From Bacteroidales bacterium (GTDB taxonomy: Bacteria; Bacteroidota; Bacteroidia; Bacteroidales; FEN-979), in the NCBI GenBank assembly GCA_017882335.1, contig JADGPR010000002.1, forward strand, positions 28,917-92,916: 64,000 bases of DNA, read 5' to 3'. The notes under the pieces were generated by a model. It made no database searches, was not told the origin of the DNA, and was given only the letters and a program-made list of their open reading frames with translations. Numbering within the stretch: the first letter of the stretch is position 1; every line of letters starts with the position of its first letter. Below are positions 37,247 to 46,197 of the stretch, piece after piece. The position numbers and the translations under genes are program-made.

Positions 37247-38068
37247 TTATTGAGGAACGGTCTGAGATATGGAATAGACACCGCAAATAGCGAAGAACCC
37301 GGCCCCTCCGGCGCTCAGGTTGGTCGGGACATTGGCCGGGATGGTGTTGAATAAGGCTCCCTGCCATTGGGTTTCCAGCAACACTTCACGAATAAACTCA
37401 GCATATTCAGGTGTAAGGGAATACCTTGTTTCATTGATTTTAGTTCCGGCCGGGAAAGAAACCCTCTCCACGGATGGGGCGAATATCTCACTGACATCCA
37501 GTGTTGAAAGTGTATAAAACAACAGCCTGGCCTTGCATTTGGTGGAATCGGCCTGTTGATAGCCCGGCACCTTCGACCAGTCAAAAAGCACTTCCCACAT
37601 GGCCGGGTGTTCCGTGCTGAAAGAACTTGCCACCCATGAAATATGATACAATCCAGACTCATCATTCTTCGAATAAACCAGGAAGCTGAAGGGTGACGCC
37701 GGCACCATGGCTGATTTGGCAGAAATGACCTGCTCTCCATAAAAAATGAGCAGTGAATAATTCTTTCCCTCCCGGGCCTGGAATTTTTTAACTGATATAT
37801 AAACTCCCGATCCGGCTGGTTGTTCAGTCATATGAAACACCGAGTCTTCATCTGAAATCAGAATATTTGCACCGGTCACTGGTACCGGTTTTGCATTTAG
37901 TTCTGTGACCGGGAAGGTAAGTGTCAGGGTTTGAGTTGTTTTATCGCTTGTAATAATTCCATCCACCACAATGAGTTTGCTCGCCTGGCTTTTCAACGAC
38001 CAATCGATTTTCTTCTCACATCCTGAGATAGAAAACAGCAGAAGAAAATACAGGAATATTTTTCTCAT
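37247..38068 (-). CDS. DUF4249-like lipoprotein (usual partner of CarboxypepD_reg-type TonB-dependent receptors)
   Basis: Lipobox FSISGC and LIVVDGIITSD... Its start overlaps the stop of the receptor gene by 1 nt (TGATG). Confidence 0.6.
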   Translation of the reverse strand: MRKIFLYFLLLFSISGCEKKIDWSLKSQASKLIVVDGIITSDKTTQTLTLTFPVTELNAKPVPVTGANILISDEDSVFHMTEQPAGSGVYISVKKFQAREGKNYSLLIFYGEQVISAKSAMVPASPFSFLVYSKNDESGLYHISWVASSFSTEHPAMWEVLFDWSKVPGYQQADSTKCKARLLFYTLSTLDVSEIFAPSVERVSFPAGTKINETRYSLTPEYAEFIREVLLETQWQGALFNTIPANVPTNLSAGGAGFFAICGVYSISQTVPQ

Positions 38069-40731
38069 CAGAACTTGAATTGATAATTAAGTGAGGGGAT
38101 CATTCCGGCAACGGATATTGTTGTCGGTATCAACTGGTAGTCACCGCTCTGGTTCGAAGGTACGACGATATTCCCGTTCCCATCCTGAACTTTATTGAAG
38201 TTCACAGAGAACGGATTCAGCCGTCCATAGGCGTTGTATAAGGTCAGTATGAATGCGTGCTGGTAACGTTTTTCAGGTTTGCTGAGTGTCCATTTTAACG
38301 ACAGGTCGAGACGGTGATAATCTGGAAGGCGGTCGTTGTTCCGGTCACCGTAAACAGGAATGGAATAACCGTTATTATAAAAGAATCCGATCGGTGTCGA
38401 GATCGCCCCTCCGGTCATGTAAAGCCAGTTGGCAGAAAAAACCCAGTGTTTTCCAGCTGTATAGGAAAGATAAATGCAAACATTGTGAGGCCGGTCATAA
38501 AAGGCTGGATATTCTTTCCCGTTATTTACTTCCGGCGTCTGAACAAAGGTCCGCGAGTAAGTATATCCGATCCAACCGGTAAAATCCGCTTCCGTTTTCC
38601 TCAACATCAGTTCAATTCCGTAGGAACGTGCCTTTCCATTCCGGATCTCCCCTTCCAGCAGATGATTGAATAAAAGGTTAGCATGATCCTTATAATCGAT
38701 ATGATCATGAAACATATTATAAAAGATCTCAGCCGAAAAATTCAGTTTTGTCCGGAATACCTGCGAATAATATCCAAGTGAAACCTGGTCGGCTTTCTGT
38801 GGTTTAATGTTCGGACCACTGGGTGCCCAGACTTCCAGGGAAGTAAAGGGGCTGACGGAACTGGAAAGCACCTGGAAGAACTGTGTGGTCCGGCTGTAAC
38901 TTGCTTTAATGGAAGAACGGTCATTCAGCATAAAGCGGATATTGATCCGGGGTTCCGGACTGAAAAAAGTCGAATAGGTTGAAAGGTTGGAAACCTTTGA
39001 AGAATCGATAAAATTGTGATAGCCGTCGAAATGGTACACTGTTGTCGGGCCAAGATCCTGCCATACCGGCAAACGGATCCCGTAACTTACCGAGATCCTT
39101 TCCCCGATTATCTGATCATTTCCCAGATAAAAATCGTATTCCATTGAATGGTATTTGGCGATGGGGTAAGCTGCCGGATCGGTCTGGTTATTTGGCAGGC
39201 TTACATTCCCGGGATTCGAATTGTGGTCTGTAATTTCAACACCTGCACGGAGGGTGTTCTTCGGGCTCAGGTACCAGGTAAAGTCCGTCTTGAAGGTCAG
39301 ACCGGAAATGGCCGAATTCCATACATCTTTCTGTTCATTATCGATGTAGAGATAATATTGGTAACGGCTGTAGCAAAGGGTGGTGTTGGAAAACACCTTG
39401 TTACGGAAGGAATGGTTCCACCGGAACGTGCTGGCCATATTATTCCAGCTCATCCCGGATGTCGGATAGCTGGATTCGTTTGTCTGCCCGAAACGATCAT
39501 ACCCATAAAAGAAGGTAAGGTAGAAACGGTTGTTGGTATTCAGTTTGAAATTAACTTTTGCATTGACATCATAAAACAGGATATCAAAGGATTTCAGGGA
39601 AGAATGAAGGTTGTTCAACCAGTTCAGCGTCGAGATCCTTCCTGACAGGATAAAAGAACTCTTATCCTTTACAATGGGCCCTTCCAGGGTAAGCTCGGAT
39701 GCATATGGGCCGATATTACCTGAAAATCCAAACCGCTTAAGGTTTCCGTTCCGGGCCTTGATATCGATAACGGATGACAATCTTCCTCCGTATTTTGCAG
39801 GAAAATCACCCTTGAAGACCGTCATTTCGTTGATGGCATCGGGCGCCAAGACCGAAAAGAAGCCGAAAAGGTGCGAAGGATTGTAGATCGGCGCTTCATC
39901 GATGAGGATCAGGTTCTGGTCGCTGTTGCCTCCCCGCACATAAAAAAGAGAGGAACCATCGCCATAGGATTTGATTCCCGGAACAGCTTGCAGGGATTTG
40001 ATAATATCGAGGTCGCCGGCAAATCCAGGCAACTGCGATAAAGTTTTAGCGGAGAAACGGAATTCGCCCAGAGAACTGTTCCGGGTTTCCTCCTGCTTGT
40101 TTTTACTCTGAATAACAACTTCCTTGATCGCCACACTTGAGGTTTCCATCTCTATTGTTGCATCCTCGTCCTTCTCAAGATTAATATTCATCAAAAAATC
40201 TTTATAACCGATATAAGAAAAAACCAGCTGGTAAGGATTTGCCGGTAAGGTAAGGGAATAAAAGCCATAGCTGTTGGTGGTGGTGCCAAGATGTGTATCG
40301 CGGATATACACATTGGCATCGATCAGCACTTCCCCGCTTGCTTTATCTTTCAGGTACCCGCTGATGGTATGCTTCACAGCAACAGTGCTTTTTTCCAGGT
40401 CCTTATCCGCCTCGTCCTTGGGATTCATCTTAAGTACGACCTGGTTTTCCAGTACAAAATAGTTGATCCCGTTTTTCTTCAATACCAGGTCTAGCACTTC
40501 ACGCACGGTTTTGTTCCGTGCTTTCACGCTGATCTTCAAGTCGAGCGGAAGGCTTTGCGGGTTGTAGGAGAACAAGATTTTCCCTTCATCCCCGATTTTG
40601 CGGATTACTTCCCCGAGGGATTGTTTTTTAACTATGAGTGTGATCTTCTTTTCCAGATCCTGAGAGAAAACGGAATGGGAAATCAGAATAGAGCAGAAAA
40701 AGAAAGGATATATGAGTTTCCTGATTTCCAA
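38068..40731 (-). CDS. TonB-dependent receptor with N-terminal STN signalling domain and carboxypeptidase-regulatory-like domain
   Basis: - STN-like segment KITLIVKKQSLGEVIRKIGDEGKILFSY.
- ISGYLKDKASGEVLIDANVYI...GFYSLTL (CarboxypepD_reg).
- Plug and 22-strand-sized barrel.
- C-terminal ...LNYQFKF. Confidence 0.85.
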   Translation of the reverse strand: MEIRKLIYPFFFCSILISHSVFSQDLEKKITLIVKKQSLGEVIRKIGDEGKILFSYNPQSLPLDLKISVKARNKTVREVLDLVLKKNGINYFVLENQVVLKMNPKDEADKDLEKSTVAVKHTISGYLKDKASGEVLIDANVYIRDTHLGTTTNSYGFYSLTLPANPYQLVFSYIGYKDFLMNINLEKDEDATIEMETSSVAIKEVVIQSKNKQEETRNSSLGEFRFSAKTLSQLPGFAGDLDIIKSLQAVPGIKSYGDGSSLFYVRGGNSDQNLILIDEAPIYNPSHLFGFFSVLAPDAINEMTVFKGDFPAKYGGRLSSVIDIKARNGNLKRFGFSGNIGPYASELTLEGPIVKDKSSFILSGRISTLNWLNNLHSSLKSFDILFYDVNAKVNFKLNTNNRFYLTFFYGYDRFGQTNESSYPTSGMSWNNMASTFRWNHSFRNKVFSNTTLCYSRYQYYLYIDNEQKDVWNSAISGLTFKTDFTWYLSPKNTLRAGVEITDHNSNPGNVSLPNNQTDPAAYPIAKYHSMEYDFYLGNDQIIGERISVSYGIRLPVWQDLGPTTVYHFDGYHNFIDSSKVSNLSTYSTFFSPEPRINIRFMLNDRSSIKASYSRTTQFFQVLSSSVSPFTSLEVWAPSGPNIKPQKADQVSLGYYSQVFRTKLNFSAEIFYNMFHDHIDYKDHANLLFNHLLEGEIRNGKARSYGIELMLRKTEADFTGWIGYTYSRTFVQTPEVNNGKEYPAFYDRPHNVCIYLSYTAGKHWVFSANWLYMTGGAISTPIGFFYNNGYSIPVYGDRNNDRLPDYHRLDLSLKWTLSKPEKRYQHAFILTLYNAYGRLNPFSVNFNKVQDGNGNIVVPSNQSGDYQLIPTTISVAGMIPSLNYQFKF

Positions 40732-40749
40732 TGATGCCGGGATAAAGGA

Positions 40750-41754
40750 TTAGTTACACTTGTGGCCTGAGATGTCGGTCCAGGCGCCGTGGGTGCTAAT
40801 GTTCAGGTCGAGCGTAGCCTGGAGGACATGGAGGATGGATTCCGGCGACTGATGATCGAATGTGGCAGTTACAAGACAATATGAAATCACCGGTGTTGCA
40901 ATGCGAAGGTTTGCATGGTACACTTTATTGAGGTCGGCGACGATCGTTACCAGCGGGGTGTTGTTGTAAATGAATCGTTGCGTCATCCACGACCTGTAAT
41001 TCTGATCGGTATTGATATCTTTTTCCATCTTTTGCTGGCCGGGGATAATTTTGGCTTTTTCGCCCGGTGAGAGGAAAATACTGTTCTCTTTATGGTCATC
41101 GAAATATACGGCAACAGAACCGCTGTTGAGGATCACTTCCATGGTATTGTTGGCGGCATTGGTATTCACATAAAATGAAGTGCCAAGCACCTCCACCCGT
41201 ACATTGTGGCTTATAATGATGAAGGGTTTTGCATCGTCATGTTTGACTTCGAACCAAGCCTCGCCGTTGAGTTTTACATTTCTTTTATTCCCTTTGAAGG
41301 AAGATGGATATTCGAGGGTAGCGCCTTTATTTAAAGTTACAGAAGTGCCATCTGGGAGTTTTCCTTCTTTTATGGTGAGATTTGCCTCCAGCTGTTTTTG
41401 TTCAGGATGGGTAAAGTACCTGAAAACAAAAAAAGAAGGTACCGCCAGTAAAAGAATGATTGCTGCAATCCGGAGTACCTGCCTGAAAGAAAAGGAGATG
41501 ATCCGGCCATGTGCCGGTTCTTCATTCACCAAGATCTTTGCTTCCAGTTCAATCCATTCCTTGTCGGGATCCACCGCCGCATCCATCCTGGCCTGTTCCA
41601 TGCCAAGCCATATCAGGCGGTAATCGTCAAAGATCTGCCTGTGACCGGGGTCGGCCTTCAGCCAGGCTTCCAGGAAAACCAGGTCGTCACCGCTGGCTTC
41701 TCCGGCCAGGTAGAGGGTGATCAGGTCGATTGGATATGTGGAATCTGTTTCCAT
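40750..41754 (-). CDS. FecR-family anti-sigma factor
   Basis: N-terminal cytoplasmic helix region, a single TM (IAAIILLLAVPSFFVF) and a FecR domain (GEAWFEV...PFIIISHNVRVEVLGTSFYV). Confidence 0.85.
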   Translation of the reverse strand: METDSTYPIDLITLYLAGEASGDDLVFLEAWLKADPGHRQIFDDYRLIWLGMEQARMDAAVDPDKEWIELEAKILVNEEPAHGRIISFSFRQVLRIAAIILLLAVPSFFVFRYFTHPEQKQLEANLTIKEGKLPDGTSVTLNKGATLEYPSSFKGNKRNVKLNGEAWFEVKHDDAKPFIIISHNVRVEVLGTSFYVNTNAANNTMEVILNSGSVAVYFDDHKENSIFLSPGEKAKIIPGQQKMEKDINTDQNYRSWMTQRFIYNNTPLVTIVADLNKVYHANLRIATPVISYCLVTATFDHQSPESILHVLQATLDLNISTHGAWTDISGHKCN

Positions 41755-41836
41755 AGTTATGCTGACGATATTACACTTAAGTTGGCACTTACCCTTAGAA
41801 TGATGTAAAAATTGTTTCGTCTATATTCGTTTTTTT

Positions 41837-41868
41837 GTGACTCTGTGACTTTGTGACTCTGTGACTTT
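41837..41868. repeat. GTGACTCT GTGACTTT GTGACTCT GTGACTTT tandem block
   Basis: Four 8-nt units that end two bases before the sigma-factor stop codon on the + strand coordinate, i.e. immediately downstream of the stop in the sense direction. The block lies inside the sigma-to-anti-sigma spacer. Confidence 0.9.
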
Positions 41869-41869
41869 C

Positions 41870-42406
41870 TCATTTAAGGAACTCTGCCAGCCGGTTGCGC
41901 ATATGCTGCAGCGCCTTCGACATCTGGGTTTCCACAGTTTTTACAGAGATCTCCAAACGGGTTGCAATTTCCTGGTACTTCAGGTTTTCATGCCGGTTGA
42001 GTATAAAGATCTCCCTGCATTTTACCGGCAACTCTTCAATGGCTATCCCGATCCTGTCCCTGATCTCAGCTTCTACCAGCCGGTCGGGCTGAACATAGGT
42101 TTTTTCCGAAAGCAGTCCTTCAATATCCAGGATTTCTTTATTGAATTTTTTATTATCCCGGAGCCAATTCAGGCATTTGTTTCGAACGGTAGTGCTAAGG
42201 TAGGTCTTAACCGGCCTGGAAAGATCGATGCTTTCCCGTTTTACCCAAAGGCTGATAAAGGCTTCCTGTGTGATTTCCCGGGCCATATCGGTATCTTTTG
42301 TAAACTGAAGCGCAAAAAAACAAAGTCCTTTGAATTCACTTCGGAAAAGTGATTCGAATGTTGCTTTATCCAGCATTTGGGACCTATTTGAATTCTGTTC
42401 TTCCAA
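41870..42406 (-). CDS. ECF RNA polymerase sigma-70 factor (Bacteroides-expansion type)
   Basis: Region 2 (EITQEAFISLW) and region 4 (EIFILNRHENLKYQEIATRLEISVKTVETQMSKAL). Confidence 0.9.
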   Translation of the reverse strand: MEEQNSNRSQMLDKATFESLFRSEFKGLCFFALQFTKDTDMAREITQEAFISLWVKRESIDLSRPVKTYLSTTVRNKCLNWLRDNKKFNKEILDIEGLLSEKTYVQPDRLVEAEIRDRIGIAIEELPVKCREIFILNRHENLKYQEIATRLEISVKTVETQMSKALQHMRNRLAEFLK

Positions 42407-42411
42407 TCCTT

Positions 42412-43290
42412 TCAGACATCTACTTCTTTCAACCGTGTACTGAGGTCTTTCACGGAGGTAAGGCTTTCCATTAATCCCGGCAGGTATTCCGTAGAAGCAA
42501 TAAAGGTCCAGATATAGGCTACAACGGCATAGATCTTACCGGTCGAAAAATTATCCACGTCAACACAGATAAAGAGTACCACGATGAAGATGATCATCAG
42601 CAAAACCTTGATGACAGCATAATCGATGGAATTCCATTTTGCGATCTTGTGCTGGGGCGGTACCATATCGTGATAATATTGATGGATCTTGGCCGTATCT
42701 TTTTCATCCACCAGCCGGTAAAGGTCTTCGCGGGTATCATGAATATTCTTCTGGAGTGTAACTACATTTCGCCGGTAAATATTGTTGATCAGGATGACAG
42801 GGAAAATTACGAAAAACGCCACGGCAGCAATCCGCCAGTCGTAAAAGAACAAGGCAATCACGCCCCCACCTGTGGCAAAGATCTGCCAGCTGACTTCCGG
42901 CAAGCGTTCCTTGAAAAAGACGATGTATTCCCTGGCCAATTCAGCCCGTGCCAGGATCTTGGATGCCGCATACCCTTGTTTCTTTGAATTTATGATCACA
43001 CGCGTAGCAATGTCGGCATACATCTTCGAATAAACCCTTCCGCTGAAAAGTCTGCTCATGGTACCGCCTAAAACATTTACCATGTATATGAAGATCCAGA
43101 TAAACAGAGGCGTGTAATAATTCACGGCTTCTTTGTTGTAGAAATGGTCGATCAACGCATCCAGCAAAGAACCAAAAAATGTAGGTTCAATGATCCATGC
43201 AACATTTTCGATCAGCACAAAAACGAGAACACCTGAAATAGATAATTTGAATTGCTTGACAATCTGCGTAAAGGTCATGGGGGATATCAA
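42412..43290 (-). CDS. six-TM membrane protein resembling an ABC-exporter transmembrane domain without an ATPase domain
   Basis: 292 aa, with 6 long helices in the spacing of type I ABC exporter TMDs. There is no Walker motif. Confidence 0.5.
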   Translation of the reverse strand: MISPMTFTQIVKQFKLSISGVLVFVLIENVAWIIEPTFFGSLLDALIDHFYNKEAVNYYTPLFIWIFIYMVNVLGGTMSRLFSGRVYSKMYADIATRVIINSKKQGYAASKILARAELAREYIVFFKERLPEVSWQIFATGGGVIALFFYDWRIAAVAFFVIFPVILINNIYRRNVVTLQKNIHDTREDLYRLVDEKDTAKIHQYYHDMVPPQHKIAKWNSIDYAVIKVLLMIIFIVVLFICVDVDNFSTGKIYAVVAYIWTFIASTEYLPGLMESLTSVKDLSTRLKEVDV

Positions 43291-43347
43291 TGAGGTTGCG
43301 AATTTACCAAATTAATCTCTGAACAGGAAATGTCGTTATATTTGATT

Positions 43348-43355
43348 TATCTTTG
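43348..43355 (+). promoter_or_regulatory. candidate -7 box (TATCTTTG)
   Basis: TAnnTTTG match 22 nt upstream of the ATG at 43378. Confidence 0.45.
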
Positions 43356-43377
43356 ATCAACAAAACAAATAAAAAAT

Positions 43378-44229
43378 ATGCACTTCCGATTCTTTCTGAT
43401 TTTCAGCATTTGCTTTTCTTTCTTATACGGCTGTCGTGAGAAGGAAAGTATTCCTGGAGTTTACCGCTATTACTGGGGCAAGAAAAACGGTTATGACATC
43501 TGGATCGTGGATGGTAATAAGGTACGGCATAAGATCTACAATTCCTTTCTCTATGGCGGAAATGAACAGCGGTATCCATTCAACCCCAAAGGAGAGATCT
43601 GGATTGACAATGCCCTTTCCTGCGAGGAATTCGAGATGACCCTGATCCATGAACTGAACGAACGTCACCTGATGGCTAAATATGGCTGGGCCTATGTGAA
43701 GGCACATGATTCCTCACTAAGGCTGGAGGTAAAAACACGCCGAAACTATGAGACGATCTGCAGGGCGCATGAAGCCTCGCTTCGTAAAGTCGGGGTAACG
43801 GATCACGACAATAATAAGGAAATTAAAGATATTCCCGACAGCATTCATCTGCAGAACATATACCGGTTGCCAGTCGGAAAGCGGAATGGGATCAGCATCT
43901 GGATCGTAGATGGGTATCTTGTCAGGAAAAATATTTTTCCGGATTTCGGTTTCAGCGGTAATGATCTTTCCTGTCATTTTATTCCTCCGAAAGAGATCTG
44001 GATAGATGGACAGATCTCCTGTGAAGAAACGGAATATTCGATCGGTATTGAGCTTTTGGAACGACAGGAAATATTAAAGGGAAAGTCTTATAGCGATGCC
44101 TATGAGGATGCGGTAACAGAAAATACCCGGTTACGCGACAAAATGGCTTTGCTCATTCAGCAGCACCCTCCACTGTATCTGCCCGACACGATCACGCGGG
44201 ATAAAGGGGTAATGAAAAATGAAGAATGA
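43378..44229 (+). CDS. hypothetical lipoprotein with an internal two-fold duplication
   Basis: Lipobox FLYGC. Repeat 1 is YRYYWGKKNGYDIWIVDGNKVRHKIY...PKGEIWIDNALSCEEFEMTLIHELNERH. Repeat 2 is YRLPVGKRNGISIWIVDGYLVRKNIF...PPKEIWIDGQISCEETEYSIGIELLERQ. Confidence 0.6.
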   Translation: MHFRFFLIFSICFSFLYGCREKESIPGVYRYYWGKKNGYDIWIVDGNKVRHKIYNSFLYGGNEQRYPFNPKGEIWIDNALSCEEFEMTLIHELNERHLMAKYGWAYVKAHDSSLRLEVKTRRNYETICRAHEASLRKVGVTDHDNNKEIKDIPDSIHLQNIYRLPVGKRNGISIWIVDGYLVRKNIFPDFGFSGNDLSCHFIPPKEIWIDGQISCEETEYSIGIELLERQEILKGKSYSDAYEDAVTENTRLRDKMALLIQQHPPLYLPDTITRDKGVMKNEE

Positions 44230-44232
44230 AAA

Positions 44233-44342
44233 GTCAGAAATCAGAGGTCAGAAGTCAGAGGTCAGATCAGTGTCACCCTTCACTCTTGACATCTGACCTC
44301 AGATCTCAGACTTCAGACTTCCGACCTCCGACTTCCGACTTT
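44233..44342. repeat. hairpin made of complementary GTCAGA/TCTGAC-word tandem arms between convergent genes
   Basis: The left arm (44233-44270) consists of GTCAGAA/GTCAGAG units and the right arm (44291-44342) of TCTGAC/TCCGAC units. GAGGTCAGAT (44258-67) pairs perfectly with ATCTGACCTC (44291-300). Confidence 0.8.
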
Positions 44343-44752
44343 GTTTTAAACGCCAATGCATATAGTTTCATCTGTTTTACCATGGAAGTAAGCCCGTTGG
44401 ACCGGGTTGGGGAAAGATGTTCCCGCAGGCCAACCTTTTCAATGAAATCCATATTGGCATTTAAGATCTCCTCCGGGGTATGGCCGGATAATACCCGGAT
44501 CAGCAGGTTGACGATGCCCTTGGTAATGATGGCATCACTGTCGGCAGAAAAGAAAATTTTTCCATCCTTGGTTTCGGCATGAAGCCATACTTTTGACTGG
44601 CACCCGGTAATCACATACTGATCGGTTTTATAATTTTCATCAATGACGGGAATGGTTCTTCCCATCTCGATAAGGTAATTGTACTTGTCCATCCAGTCAT
44701 CGAAGAGCGAAAATTCGGAAACGACCTGTTCTTGTAATTCAGAGATTGTCAT
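44306..44752 (-). CDS. sufE: SufE-family cysteine desulfuration protein
   Basis: GCQSKVWLHAE...FSADSDAIITKGIV...LSPTRSNGL. The last ~12 aa (TKSEVGGRKSEV) are encoded by the repeat arm. Confidence 0.85.
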   Translation of the reverse strand: MTISELQEQVVSEFSLFDDWMDKYNYLIEMGRTIPVIDENYKTDQYVITGCQSKVWLHAETKDGKIFFSADSDAIITKGIVNLLIRVLSGHTPEEILNANMDFIEKVGLREHLSPTRSNGLTSMVKQMKLYALAFKTKSEVGGRKSEV

Positions 44753-44867
44753 AGTTTTTTTGTGAGGCTTAAATTTTTAGAACGAAGTGAATAAAAATTT
44801 ATTAGTCGAACAATCCCGACTTTTTCGGGATGGGTGATACCCGTGATTGAATATTTCAGAAAGTAAA

Positions 44868-46091
44868 TTACCCGAACATCTGTTTTACCCTGATTATGGC
44901 TTCCACCAGCGAATCGATCTCTTCCACCGTATTGTAAAATGCGAACGATGCCCTCACCGTTGCAGGGATTTTATACCATTCGATTAACGGCATTGCACAA
45001 TGATGCCCCGTTCTCACTGCGATCCCCATTTTATCGATGATAACACCTGCATCATAAGGATGAATAGTGCCGATAAGAAAAGAAATGAGGCTGGTTTTTT
45101 CCTTTGCGGTACCGATGATACGAATGTCGCCCATCGCGGTAAGTTTATCTGTAGCGTACTTCAGTATTTCATTTTCATAATTCCGGATATTATCCAACCC
45201 CAGGTTCTGGAGGTATAAGATCGCAGCATGCAATCCGTAAACCCCTTCCACATTGGGTGTCCCTGCTTCAAATTTAAAGGGCAACTCATTAAAGGTGGTA
45301 CGGTCAGTATGAACCTCTTTGATCATTTCACCCCCCGATTGGTATGGAGGTAATGTTTCCAGGAATTTTTCCTTCCCATAAAGCACGCCAATCCCCATCG
45401 GGGCATACATTTTATGGCCGGAGAAACAGTAAAAATCACAGTCGAGGTCATGCATATCCGCACCCAGGTGCGGGATCGACTGTGCGCCATCTACCAGAAC
45501 AGGAATGCCGTATGTATGCGCGTAGGCAATGATCTCTTTTACCGGGTTTATTGTTCCAAGCACATTGGAGACATGGGTTATGGCTACCAGTTTCGTTTTT
45601 TCGTTCACCATCTTGCGGAATGCCTCCATATCCAGTTCCCCATTCTCATGGATGGGAATGAACTTTACCTTTGCCCCTCTGTCCAGGCACATCTGTTGCC
45701 AGGGAACGATGTTCGAGTGATGTTCCATGATAGAGATCAGTACTTCATCGCCGGGTGAGATATATTGTTTCCCGAAGGAAGATGCAACTAGGTTGATGGA
45801 TTCCGTGGTTCCTTTTGTAAAAATGATCTCACTGGAAGATGCGGCATTGATGAACCGCTGGACCACTTTCCGCGTTTCCTCGTAGGCTTCAGTTGCCCGC
45901 TGGCTCAGGAAATGTACGCCCCGGTGAATGTTGCAGTTATCGGTCTCATAATATCCGCTGATCGCACGGATGACCTGAACCGGTTTCTGGGTAGAAGCAG
46001 CATTGTCGAAATAAACCAGAGGGCGGTTATACACCTTCTGATGCAGGATCGGGAAGTCCTCCCGGATTTTATTTACTGGGAAAGTACCCAT
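44868..46091 (-). CDS. sufS: SufS cysteine desulfurase
   Basis: YFDNAASTQKP, the PLP-Lys region FSGHKMYAPMGIGVLYG and the active-site loop RTGHHCAMP. Confidence 0.95.
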   Translation of the reverse strand: MGTFPVNKIREDFPILHQKVYNRPLVYFDNAASTQKPVQVIRAISGYYETDNCNIHRGVHFLSQRATEAYEETRKVVQRFINAASSSEIIFTKGTTESINLVASSFGKQYISPGDEVLISIMEHHSNIVPWQQMCLDRGAKVKFIPIHENGELDMEAFRKMVNEKTKLVAITHVSNVLGTINPVKEIIAYAHTYGIPVLVDGAQSIPHLGADMHDLDCDFYCFSGHKMYAPMGIGVLYGKEKFLETLPPYQSGGEMIKEVHTDRTTFNELPFKFEAGTPNVEGVYGLHAAILYLQNLGLDNIRNYENEILKYATDKLTAMGDIRIIGTAKEKTSLISFLIGTIHPYDAGVIIDKMGIAVRTGHHCAMPLIEWYKIPATVRASFAFYNTVEEIDSLVEAIIRVKQMFG

Positions 46092-46137
46092 GTTTACAAT
46101 TTACGATTTACGGTTTACGATTTAAGATTTACGAATG
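46092..46137. repeat. TTTACGA-word tandem block (about 6 units of 7 nt)
   Basis: GTTTACAA TTTACGA TTTACGG TTTACGA TTTAAGA TTTACGA, abutting the sufS start codon. Confidence 0.85.
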
Positions 46138-46165
46138 AAGTTATAAAGTATCCTTGACCTTTTTA

Positions 46166-46197
46166 CTCACCACTTCACCATGTCACCACTTCACCAC
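46166..46197 (-). repeat. GTGGTGA-word block (sense strand: GTGGTGAA GTGGTGAC ATGGTGAA GTGGTGAG)
   Basis: Four 8-nt units located 16 nt downstream of the sufD stop. Confidence 0.85.
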
